NCBI GenBank assembly: GCA_040753215.1
Contig: JBFMEZ010000013.1
Location: 69,199 to 133,198 of the forward strand
Direction of reading: 5' to 3'
DNA from: Candidatus Micrarchaeota archaeon
Lineage (GTDB): Archaea > Micrarchaeota > Micrarchaeia > Anstonellales > Bilamarchaeaceae
DNA length: 64,000 bases
A program made the translations under genes and the position numbers. The notes beneath the pieces were generated by a model. That model worked only from the letters and a program-made list of their open reading frames with translations, did not search any database and was not told the DNA's origin. Shown here piece after piece: positions 28,414 through 37,153 of this stretch. Numbering within the stretch: position 1 is the stretch's first letter; each line of letters starts with the position of its first letter.

Positions 28414-29493
28414 TCAGCCCAGCATCTCCAGCTCCCCGCCGAAGGACGGGAACCCGGATTCTGAGGGCTCGCTGGTTGCGCTCGAGCCGAGGATGGACGC
28501 GCCCTTCACGCCGGTCACGATGGCAACAATCTCAAGCTTCCCATCGTAGTTCTGCATTATCCTCGCGCCCCACTTCACGTTGGCCTCCGGGTCCATCTTC
28601 TCGGTGATTATCTCTCCCGCCTTTATCGCGTCACCGAGAGAAAGGTCCGCGCCTCCAGAGATGTGGATGAGCGCTCCCCTCGCGCCCTCGAAGTCCACGT
28701 CCAGCAGCCTGTTCTTTATGACCGCCTCGGCCGCGGCAGTGACCTTGTCCGTGCCCTTGCCCTCGCCGACCGCGATGAAGCCCACGCCGCCTCCCTGCAT
28801 GATGGACCTAACGTCCGCGAAGTCTATGTTAATAAGGGACGGCTGGGTAATCGTCCAGACAAGGCCGGAGATTGCCCTTGCGAGAATCTCGTCCGCGACC
28901 GCGAACGCCTCGGTCATCGGAAGGTTCGGCACCAGCTGCACGAGCCTGTTGTTATCAAGGATAATGACAGAGTCGCAGTGCTGCCTGAGCTTGTTTATGC
29001 TCTCGTCGGCCTTCTTCCTCCTCGCCCTCTCCAGCGCGAACGGGTAGGTGACCATCGCGACGGTAATCGCGCCCTGCTCCTTCGCAATCTGAGCCGTAAT
29101 CGGCGCGGCGCCGCCTCCGGTACCGCCTCCCATGCCTCCGCAGATGAACACGAGGTGCGCGCCTTCGAGCTCCTTCTCGATGAGCGCCCTGTCCACTTCC
29201 GCGGACTTTGCGCCCAGCTCCGGGTAGCCGCCTGCGCCAAGGCCCTTCGTGATGCTCTTTCCGATGAGCACTTTCCTGGACCTCTCGTGTATCTGGTTGA
29301 GGTGCTGCTTGTCCGTGTTTACGGCCACCAGCTCGGTACCCTTCACCCCGGCCTTTATCAGCCGGTTGATGGTGTTGTTCCCCGCGCCGCCAACCCCGAT
29401 AGTCACTATCTTAATGCTCTCGGAGCTCATGTCCTCTGGTTCCGCCGCTTTCGGGGCGGACTCTCCCACGACAGATTTTATAAGGTCGTCCAT
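28414..29493 (-). CDS. ftsZ: Cell division protein FtsZ (second paralog)
   Basis: GVGGAGNN, GMGGGTGGGAAP, INIDFADV. Confidence 0.97.
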   Translation of the reverse strand: MDDLIKSVVGESAPKAAEPEDMSSESIKIVTIGVGGAGNNTINRLIKAGVKGTELVAVNTDKQHLNQIHERSRKVLIGKSITKGLGAGGYPELGAKSAEVDRALIEKELEGAHLVFICGGMGGGTGGGAAPITAQIAKEQGAITVAMVTYPFALERARRKKADESINKLRQHCDSVIILDNNRLVQLVPNLPMTEAFAVADEILARAISGLVWTITQPSLINIDFADVRSIMQGGGVGFIAVGEGKGTDKVTAAAEAVIKNRLLDVDFEGARGALIHISGGADLSLGDAIKAGEIITEKMDPEANVKWGARIMQNYDGKLEIVAIVTGVKGASILGSSATSEPSESGFPSFGGELEMLG

Positions 29494-29648
29494 ATATATT
29501 CACCCTTGTGGGAAAAATGCCGTTGGCAATCTTTAAATAGTTTCAATTCTACGACGTGGCATTCTCTCCCGCATTTTTTCACCCGCACACACTTTTCCTC
29601 TCCGCTCCGAAGATAAGCATATAAATGTATTTACTGTATGCATTTAGT

Positions 29649-29876
29649 ATGGTCCGCGTAATAACCATCCGCGATGACGTTTACGCGCAGCTCAGCGACC
29701 TGAAGACAAAGAACGGGATGAGTTTCAGCCAGGCGATTGACCATCTTCTCAAGGAAAACAACGTGCGCAAGAAGGGATTGCTTGATTTTGTCGGGGTAAT
29801 AGACGAGGGGGACATAGACAGGAGTGTGCCCCTCTTCTCCAAAAAGGGGTGGAAGCGTGACGAAGATATGCCTTGA
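29649..29876 (+). CDS. VapB-type antitoxin
   Basis: VITIRDDVYAQL..SFSQAI pattern, upstream of a PIN gene. Confidence 0.85.
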   Translation: MVRVITIRDDVYAQLSDLKTKNGMSFSQAIDHLLKENNVRKKGLLDFVGVIDEGDIDRSVPLFSKKGWKRDEDMP

Positions 29877-30228
29877 CACCGACATGGTGCTGGATTTCCT
29901 CAAGGGCCACAAGGCGGCGGTGGCGAAGGTGCGCCATTACGTGGACCACGACGAGCTCTCCATCACCTCGCTCACATTCTTCGAGCTGGCTTCCGCGGTG
30001 AAGAAGAAGGGAAGGGTGCTCCCCATCCTGGACAATCTTACGCTCCTTCCATTCGACAAGAAGGCGGCGCTCCGCGCAAACAAGCTCCATGAGTCCCTGC
30101 GGGGCCAGAAGATGGAGATAGGGATGAGGGAGCTCATAAACTCCGCAATCTGCATAGAGAACGAGGCCTGGCTCTGCACGAAGAACCGCTCCGCCTACGA
30201 GGGGGTGGAGGGGCTGAGGTTCATCTGA
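29857..30228 (+). CDS. vapC: VapC PIN-domain toxin
   Basis: ICLDTD, TFFEL, LCTKN. Confidence 0.85.
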   Translation: MTKICLDTDMVLDFLKGHKAAVAKVRHYVDHDELSITSLTFFELASAVKKKGRVLPILDNLTLLPFDKKAALRANKLHESLRGQKMEIGMRELINSAICIENEAWLCTKNRSAYEGVEGLRFI

Positions 30229-31137
30229 TTATTGGCAGTATCTCCTCTTCAGGTACGAATGATAAGCGTCTGCTATTCTGTCGATAAGCCGTCCCGGCAG
30301 CATGTTGCCCACCAGCGTGAGGAACACGGCTTCCCCCACGGCTATGCTGGCAAGCGCAATGAGCGGAATTGGGAGCGAGTTTGCAAGCCCGGGGGAGATG
30401 GCATTTATGGCAGCTACCGCGGCCACGGATAGCGCCGAACTCACGGCGTCGGCAGGTATCGTCGCAATCATCGCGGCACCATGCAGCGGAAGCACATCTT
30501 TATAGAATTGCCTGGCCTTCCCCCAGAACGTATCCGCGCAATTTGAGTAGTACTTAAGGTTGAGCCCAAGCCAGATTGCCTGGAATGACGCTATCGCTGG
30601 CAGATAACCGCCAACCACCGTTCCAAGTATGCCCCAGTACGCATTTCCCGTTGCGATTTGGACAGCGCCCCCCACAAGCGGGCCAATAATATAAATCCCC
30701 GCCATCTCGCTGCCAGCGAGCGCCCCACCCAGCTTCAGGTCAATCATGCTTCGTATGCGTTCAGGCTTGCCCAAAAGTGTTTCTTCCCGAAGCCCCCTGT
30801 CTTCTCTTTTTGCAGCCCTGTAATCTTCAAGGTCTTTCCTGAATCTCCGGCATAGTTTTACTGGATTGAACAAGCCAAGGGCATATTTTACCAGTCCGAG
30901 AAAAGACGTTTTCGCAGCCGGCGCATCTGTGCTTTCCTCTGCAGCAGCCTCCGGGCTCTTCCCCGCGGCTGCAATCTCTTCCTTCTTTTCCTTCTGCACA
31001 GGCCCCTGCATCGCATCCAGGAGCCCCTTCTTTCTTGAAAAGGAGAGCCTCTTCAGCCGCCCAGCCTTTCCTGCTGCTGCCTCTCGGGAAGCGGCATTCG
31101 CAATTTCCGGAGCCTTCTTTTCTATTGGTGCTGCCAT
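30229..31137 (-). CDS. Hypothetical membrane protein
   Basis: Charged low-complexity N-terminus, then about 4 TM helices. Confidence 0.6.
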   Translation of the reverse strand: MAAPIEKKAPEIANAASREAAAGKAGRLKRLSFSRKKGLLDAMQGPVQKEKKEEIAAAGKSPEAAAEESTDAPAAKTSFLGLVKYALGLFNPVKLCRRFRKDLEDYRAAKREDRGLREETLLGKPERIRSMIDLKLGGALAGSEMAGIYIIGPLVGGAVQIATGNAYWGILGTVVGGYLPAIASFQAIWLGLNLKYYSNCADTFWGKARQFYKDVLPLHGAAMIATIPADAVSSALSVAAVAAINAISPGLANSLPIPLIALASIAVGEAVFLTLVGNMLPGRLIDRIADAYHSYLKRRYCQ

Positions 31138-31310
31138 GCCTGGTCGCCGTAGATATATTGCGTACTAATCCTTTTAATATGTTGTATTATAATGAATATC
31201 ATGGATATTGGCAGCATGGAAGCGTTCGTGTCCGCAGCTCCAGAAACAGAAATAAAACTGAAGAAAATAAGCGAAATGGCAATCGACTTAGTCCCTGCCA
31301 GAAAGCCCTC

Positions 31311-33029
31311 CTACTTTCTCTCCTCCTTGTACATCTCCCTAATCTCTTTGGTAGTCGTCACATCGTAGGGCCCCTTGTCATCCCGAACCCGCACGAGCCT
31401 CGGGAATCTTAATGCAAATCCTTTTCCTTCCTCCTCCCCGCACGTATGGACCGGGGATTTGGTTATATTATCATAAGCTATTTCCACAACGATTTTCGGC
31501 TTAACCCAGAAATCCGGCTCCATTTTGTAATCCAAATCCGCAGGTGCATTCTTAGTTTTCATCTTTCCGAGCTCTTCTGCAAATTTCCCCATCTCCTCTT
31601 CTGTGAAGCCGCTCCCCACTTTTGCAATAGTCTCGAATCGCTCCTTCTTCTCATTATAGACCGCAACCAGCAACCCTCCAAACCCGAATTCCGTCCTCGC
31701 CCCCTTCCCCCTGTAATACCCTACTATGAGCGCATCCACAGTGTCCATCGTCTTCCCGTAGGATTTCTTCAGCTTTATCCATGCGAATTTCCTTTTCCCG
31801 GCAGTATACGGAGCACTCAGATCCTTCGCAATTATGCCCTCCAGCCTCATCTCCAGCGCATCATCAAACAATTTTTGCAGCTCTTTCGCAGAATCCACTA
31901 TCTCCATCCCGCTCAGCCTCAGGTTTCCCTTCGGGAATACCTTCTCCAGCGCCTTCCTCCTTTCCATATACGGCTTCTGCGTATAATCCTTTCCGTCTAA
32001 ATAATGCAAATCAAACACGTACACGTGCAGGGGATACTTCTTCTCCGCCTCCTCAATGCCGTACTTCCTCCTCCTGTGCATCGTCTCCTGGAAAGAATAG
32101 AATTTCTTCTCCTTCTCGTTGAAGGCCAAAGCCTCCCCTTCAAAGATAATTTCATCCGGCTTGAGCTTCTCCACTTCCTTCACGACATCCGGGAAGGAGG
32201 GAGTAATTCTCTCCAATCTCCGGGAAAATATCTCCACCCGGCTTCCTTTCTTATGGATGGCCATGCGGAAGCCATCGTATTTCTGTTCTACGGCGCATTT
32301 CCCAATCTTTTTCACAATCTCCTCAGGATTAGCCAATCTTTCCGCGAGCGCGGGCATTATCGGCTTGAACACTTCTATCTTGAATTCGCCCATCCTGTGC
32401 GGATGCTCCTTGAATCTGCGTGCGACATACCCAATGTCCGAGCAAAGGTTGTATGCGTGGTCCAGCTCTTCGCGCAGGCTTTTGTCCCCCTTTTCCGAAA
32501 AGCTCAGCGCATCCAGGATCGTCGGCCCGCCCACCCCAAGCCGCAGCTGCCCCAAAACAAATCTCGTAATGTATTTCGCTTCCAGCGGCTTCGCATTGTT
32601 GTACAGCTCAACGAGCCTCTTAATCTTCTCTTCCTGGCTCCCGCGGCCTGAAGATTTCGCAATCTTCATCAAAGCAGCGTACACATACGCAATCGTAAGC
32701 TCCTGTGCGTGCAAGGATTGCTGCCTCTTCCCGGTCAATAATTTTTCCGCGACGCCTCCCAAATCCCCAAGCGCCGCAAACTCCTTGTCCACATCCTTTC
32801 TTGGATATCCGCTCCCTTCAGAGATGGCCTGCAATACGAACTTCTCGCCCATCCCCATGTCCACGCCCATGTAGGGAGGGAGCAATTCCCCTTCCACTAT
32901 GTACGCAATCCTTTCCGCCTCTTCGGGAGAGGCTTCCTTAAAGAGTTCCGCGAGCAGCCCGGTCATCTCCAGCCTGCCGCTTTTGGATTCTATTGTTTCG
33001 AAAACCTTCGCGAGCTTGTGGAAGAGCAT
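31311..33029 (-). CDS. lig: ATP-dependent DNA ligase
   Basis: EQKYDG, FEGE, EGIIAK, WIKLK, LRFPR. Confidence 0.97.
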   Translation of the reverse strand: MLFHKLAKVFETIESKSGRLEMTGLLAELFKEASPEEAERIAYIVEGELLPPYMGVDMGMGEKFVLQAISEGSGYPRKDVDKEFAALGDLGGVAEKLLTGKRQQSLHAQELTIAYVYAALMKIAKSSGRGSQEEKIKRLVELYNNAKPLEAKYITRFVLGQLRLGVGGPTILDALSFSEKGDKSLREELDHAYNLCSDIGYVARRFKEHPHRMGEFKIEVFKPIMPALAERLANPEEIVKKIGKCAVEQKYDGFRMAIHKKGSRVEIFSRRLERITPSFPDVVKEVEKLKPDEIIFEGEALAFNEKEKKFYSFQETMHRRRKYGIEEAEKKYPLHVYVFDLHYLDGKDYTQKPYMERRKALEKVFPKGNLRLSGMEIVDSAKELQKLFDDALEMRLEGIIAKDLSAPYTAGKRKFAWIKLKKSYGKTMDTVDALIVGYYRGKGARTEFGFGGLLVAVYNEKKERFETIAKVGSGFTEEEMGKFAEELGKMKTKNAPADLDYKMEPDFWVKPKIVVEIAYDNITKSPVHTCGEEEGKGFALRFPRLVRVRDDKGPYDVTTTKEIREMYKEERK

Positions 33030-33127
33030 GCTTCCTGTTAGTAAAATAGGTTAATTAGATTTTCTGCCCCTCCTCAATCATACCTATTTTTAAATATTTT
33101 CATACTTAGATATGATTTGTGATTTAG

Positions 33128-33382
33128 ATGAGTATGACACATGAAGTGTACGAACGCGGACAAATCGTAATTCCGAAATACATCCGCGACCTTCTCGGGT
33201 GGGGGAAAGGCACGCCGGTCTCTTTCACCGTTGAGGGCGACAAAGTAGTGCTGCAAAGAGCCGAGAAGGTGGGCGACGATTTCCTGGAGCTTGCCAAGAA
33301 AATAAACCTGAAGAAGAAAGACATAGATATGTTCGTCAGCGACCACAGCGAATACGGAAAGCGGTTCTCAATGCCGAAGTGA
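33128..33382 (+). CDS. AbrB/MazE-type antitoxin
   Basis: RGQIVIPKYIRDLLG. Confidence 0.88.
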   Translation: MSMTHEVYERGQIVIPKYIRDLLGWGKGTPVSFTVEGDKVVLQRAEKVGDDFLELAKKINLKKKDIDMFVSDHSEYGKRFSMPK

Positions 33383-33386
33383 TGGA

Positions 33387-33779
33387 ATGTTCATAGACTC
33401 AAACATCTTCATGAATGCGATTTCACTGCAGGCGAGAGAGGGGGCGAGGTGCAGGGATTTCATGAAGAAAATCGCGAAGGGTGAGCAGAATTCCACTACT
33501 TCGGTACTGGTTCTCGATGAAGTCATCTGGCTCATACTGAAGAATTCCAGCACAGAGAATGCAATCGCCACATGGGAGAGGATAATCAGCACGCCCAACC
33601 TCAAAATACTTCCCATAGATCAGGCTGTTGCAAGGCTGGTGCCGGCTTTCCTAAAGCAAGGTTTGGACCCCAGGGATGCAGTCCATGCCGCAACAATGAA
33701 AGCACATGGTATCGAAACAATCCTAAGCTACGACAGGCATTTTGATTCCATAAAAGGAATAACTAGGCAAACGCCCTAA
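33387..33779 (+). CDS. vapC: VapC PIN-domain toxin
   Basis: FIDSNIF, VLDEV, PRDAVHAA, SYDRHFD. Confidence 0.9.
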   Translation: MFIDSNIFMNAISLQAREGARCRDFMKKIAKGEQNSTTSVLVLDEVIWLILKNSSTENAIATWERIISTPNLKILPIDQAVARLVPAFLKQGLDPRDAVHAATMKAHGIETILSYDRHFDSIKGITRQTP

Positions 33780-34612
33780 AGATATTTCGAATATTCATTC
33801 TGCAAAACCAGCGCATCATATTCCAATCTGGGACTTTCGCATACAATCCTTCCACCCATTCCATTTTCGGCAAGCATCTTCATCAGCGGTTTGTAAGGCG
33901 GCACATTGGCAGAGACCGGCAGGTGGTTCCTCTCCCCCTTCCCCGTATATTCTATCGAGGAAAAGTGCGAATGGAAATTCTTCCCGTATTTCGGTATTTT
34001 CTTCTCCACCGCATCAAACAGCTTCCTGTAATCCTCCTCGCTCCTGCACGGGAAATCCCCCCTCGCGAGAAGGTGCGCAAAATCCAGCACAGGCCACACG
34101 AAATCCAGCTCCTCCGCGAGCCTTATCACCTCGTCCAGCCCCCCGAACGCGCTCTTCTTGCCCACCGTCTCCGCCCCGAGCAGAACCCCCTTCACCTTCT
34201 TCTCACCCATTTTCTCCTTTATCGTAAGAAGAACTTTCTTCGCGGCCTGGAACGCCTCCCCCTTCCCAAGCTTCTGGTAATACCCCGGATGGAAAACGGT
34301 AATCGTCCCCCCGCACCATCCTGTCGCCTGCGCAGAGGAAAAGATATGCCTCACGGTCCCCACGACCTTGCTCTTCTCCTGCGAGCAGCAGTTGACATAA
34401 TACGGCGCATGCGATGATATGAGCACATCATTCTTCTCCGCGCTCTCCCTGATCTGCGCGGCCTTCCGCTCCTCCATCTTCACCCCGCGCACAAACTCGA
34501 TCTCAAAGGCACCGAGCCCCAGTTCCCTTGAGAACGCAACCGCCTCCAGGTTCCCGCCCTCGCACTGTATGGGGACCCCCGCGCTCGCAAACCTCACTAA
34601 TTGCTTCTTCAT
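33776..34612 (-). CDS. nfo: Endonuclease IV (AP endonuclease family 2)
   Basis: HAPYYVN, FHPG, ETVGK, DFAH, HSHFS, CESP. Confidence 0.9.
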   Translation of the reverse strand: MKKQLVRFASAGVPIQCEGGNLEAVAFSRELGLGAFEIEFVRGVKMEERKAAQIRESAEKNDVLISSHAPYYVNCCSQEKSKVVGTVRHIFSSAQATGWCGGTITVFHPGYYQKLGKGEAFQAAKKVLLTIKEKMGEKKVKGVLLGAETVGKKSAFGGLDEVIRLAEELDFVWPVLDFAHLLARGDFPCRSEEDYRKLFDAVEKKIPKYGKNFHSHFSSIEYTGKGERNHLPVSANVPPYKPLMKMLAENGMGGRIVCESPRLEYDALVLQNEYSKYL

Positions 34613-34646
34613 GCATTAGAAAATAAGATGAAAATTATATCCTTTT

Positions 34647-35009
34647 CTATTCGAATGGGTTGAATTCCTCTCCTTTCTTTCCCTTCTTCTTCGGCTCCTC
34701 CGCCGGCTTCGCCTCTTCCGCGACTATGTCCCAGCTTTCCCCTGCTTCGGGCCGCGCCCTCTTCTGGAGGATGTCCTCGGGCAGCCTCTCCGCCTGCGGC
34801 CGCCTTCCCTCCCTCCTCTCCTCGCGCGGCGCCTCGGGAAGCTCCTCCGGGAGGCGCTCAACCGGAGGCCTTTCCCGCCTTGTTTCAAAAGGCTCCGCCG
34901 GAAGCCTTTCCACGGGCGGGCGATACCCGGATGCTATGTCAAAATCCGGAATTCTTACCGGTACCATCGAAAGAATCTCCGCTTCCTTCCGTTTTTCCGC
35001 AACCGCCAT
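34647..35009 (-). CDS. Hypothetical low-complexity protein with three ERLP repeats
   Basis: RPPVERLPAE / RPPVERLPEE / RPQAERLPED. Confidence 0.55.
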   Translation of the reverse strand: MAVAEKRKEAEILSMVPVRIPDFDIASGYRPPVERLPAEPFETRRERPPVERLPEELPEAPREERREGRRPQAERLPEDILQKRARPEAGESWDIVAEEAKPAEEPKKKGKKGEEFNPFE

Positions 35010-35126
35010 CCGTATCGCCTCGGCGATAACTGTCGGAAACCTTCCGGGTTTCCAACATCTTTGCACCAATAATATTCATTCTTCCATAATTATATTCCTT
35101 TCTGGTTCTACTATATCACAGGCAAA

Positions 35127-35243
35127 GGGCCCGTAGCGCAGCCTGGATAGCGCGGCAGCCTTCTATTGTTTCCGGTTTCCAGTTTTCCGTTTCCGGAAAC
35201 AGGAGAGAGCTGTAGGTCGCGGGTTCAAATCCCGTCGGGCCCG
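35127..35243 (+). tRNA. tRNA-Arg(TCT) with 42-nt intron at 37/38 (35166-35207)
   Basis: GGGCCCG acceptor stem, TTCAAAT T-loop; BHB with central helix CTTC/GGAG and intron stem tgtttccgg/ccggaaaca. Confidence 0.93.
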
Positions 35244-35449
35244 AAATCAGTTTACAGTCTCGGGTTTCCAGTTTCCCGAAACCGGTTTCTACTTCTCTAA
35301 AACCAGGTTCGGCAGTGCTGTTTTCACTACTCTTTCTCTTTGAATTCGTTTTCCATAGGTTTCGGGCCCGTTTCCTTACAAATAAAAACCCTATGCACGA
35401 TATCTCTCCACTACTTTGTGCCCTTCGGGCAAATAAAGAGGCTGATAGG

Positions 35450-35695
35450 ATGGTATCCGTTCCGGAAATAGTCGGGCTGATTGAGGGGGTGGCCAACGAC
35501 ACGACCGTCCCCAAGAACATACGCAGGGCGATGGACGAGGCCAAGGCGAGGCTGACTTCGGGCGACGAGCTGACCGTGAAGGTCAGCGCGGCAATCTACT
35601 CAATAGAATCCGTAAGCGAGGACGTCAACATGCCCTCACACGCCCGCATGCAGCTCTGGAACATCCTCAGCGCGCTGGAGTCCATCAAGAAGTGA
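35450..35695 (+). CDS. UPF0147 family protein
   Basis: NDTTVPKNIRR..DVNMPSHARMQLWNILSALE. Confidence 0.9.
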   Translation: MVSVPEIVGLIEGVANDTTVPKNIRRAMDEAKARLTSGDELTVKVSAAIYSIESVSEDVNMPSHARMQLWNILSALESIKK

Positions 35696-35700
35696 ATGGG

Positions 35701-37149
35701 ATGAAGGCGCTGCTGGAAAGGGGCGTCAGGATTTCCCTCGAGGCGGAAAGGCTTTCCGAATCCGCTTCCGTCTCCGCGGAAGAGCTCCTCTCGCTCCAGA
35801 AGAATTTCATAACAGAAGAAGACGTAAGGCTGCTCGCAGAAAAAAAGAAAAACGAAGACAAAAAAGCACCCATCGAAGCGGAGCAGAAAGCCGCATTCAT
35901 CCCGCCCCCGGATTTCCATCCGCTAGCCAGGGAGTACGAGCCCTCCATCCGCATCCACGAGAAGCTGGACGTGACCGGAAAATCGCGCAGCAGCGGCTCG
36001 GTCGACGATTTCGTCTCCTATTTCCGGGACCGCTTCCAGCGCCTCTCACGCCAGCTCTCGCGGTTCTCCTCCAGGTACCCGGAGGCGGAACTGAAGGACA
36101 TCAGGAGGCACGAGGGCCAGAAAGTAAAATCAATAGTGATGGTCACGGACATCCGCACCACAAAGAACGGGAACCTCCTCATGGAGGCCGAGGACCTGGA
36201 GGGCTCCTTCAAACTCCTCTTCTCCCAGCGCGATTCCGATACTTTTGAAAAGGCGAAGCTCATCGTCCGCGACGACGTAATCGCGGCATACGGAAAAGTG
36301 ACCAGCGCATTCCTCATAGCCGAGGAGTTCGAGTGGCCGGACATGCCCGTCTCCCGCGACAGGAAGGCCTGCGAGAAGGACGTCGCGGCCGCCTACATCT
36401 CGGACATCCATTTCGGCAGCAACAAATTCATCCAGCACTACCTTGACGGGTTCGTCGAATGGCTGCACGGGAAGGGGGAGAACCCCGGGCTCGCTGGAAA
36501 GGTGAAATACCTGCTCGTAGCCGGGGACATAGTGGACGGGATAGGCATCTACCCGAACCAGGAGAGGGAGCTCACGGTAAAGGACATCTACGGGCAATAC
36601 GAGCTGTTCGACGCGTTCGTCTCCTCGGTACCCGATTACATCGAGGTCATCGCCTGCCCCGGAAACCACGATGCGGTGAGGAGGGGCGAGCCGATGCCCG
36701 CCCTCACGAACGAGATGGTGAAGAGCGGCGTGCATGCCGTGGGCAGCCCCTCCTTCGTCTCGATAGAATCTATAGACCACCTCATATACCACGGCACCTC
36801 CGCCGATTCCTGGATTTCATCCGTCCCGAAGCTCTCCTACGCGAAGCCGGAGATGGTTATGGTGGAATGCCTGAAGCGCCGCCACCTCTCCACCATTTAC
36901 GGTGGAAACGCAATCGTGCCGGAGCGCATGGACTACCTGCTGATAGAAAAGGAGCCCGACGTCCTCCATTTCGGCCACGTGCACAAGAACGGCTACACCA
37001 AATACCGCGGCACGCTGGTGATAAACTCCGGCACGTTCCAGAACACGACGGATTTCCAGCTGAAGCAGGGGCACATCCCGACACCGGGCCGCGTCCCGGT
37101 GTACGAATTCGGGAACGACGCGCTGAAGACGCTGGATTTCTCCAGGTAA
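35701..37149 (+). CDS. DNA polymerase D small subunit DP1
   Basis: SDIHFGS, GDIVDGIGIYP, PGNHD, HFGHVH phosphoesterase motifs; upstream of DP2. Confidence 0.95.
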   Translation: MKALLERGVRISLEAERLSESASVSAEELLSLQKNFITEEDVRLLAEKKKNEDKKAPIEAEQKAAFIPPPDFHPLAREYEPSIRIHEKLDVTGKSRSSGSVDDFVSYFRDRFQRLSRQLSRFSSRYPEAELKDIRRHEGQKVKSIVMVTDIRTTKNGNLLMEAEDLEGSFKLLFSQRDSDTFEKAKLIVRDDVIAAYGKVTSAFLIAEEFEWPDMPVSRDRKACEKDVAAAYISDIHFGSNKFIQHYLDGFVEWLHGKGENPGLAGKVKYLLVAGDIVDGIGIYPNQERELTVKDIYGQYELFDAFVSSVPDYIEVIACPGNHDAVRRGEPMPALTNEMVKSGVHAVGSPSFVSIESIDHLIYHGTSADSWISSVPKLSYAKPEMVMVECLKRRHLSTIYGGNAIVPERMDYLLIEKEPDVLHFGHVHKNGYTKYRGTLVINSGTFQNTTDFQLKQGHIPTPGRVPVYEFGNDALKTLDFSR

Positions 37150-37153
37150 TGAT

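Noticed and set aside
35357..35370. att-like duplicate of the tRNA-Arg 3' end (TCGGGCCCG)
   Set aside because: Only about 9 bp match, and there is no integrase or island nearby.
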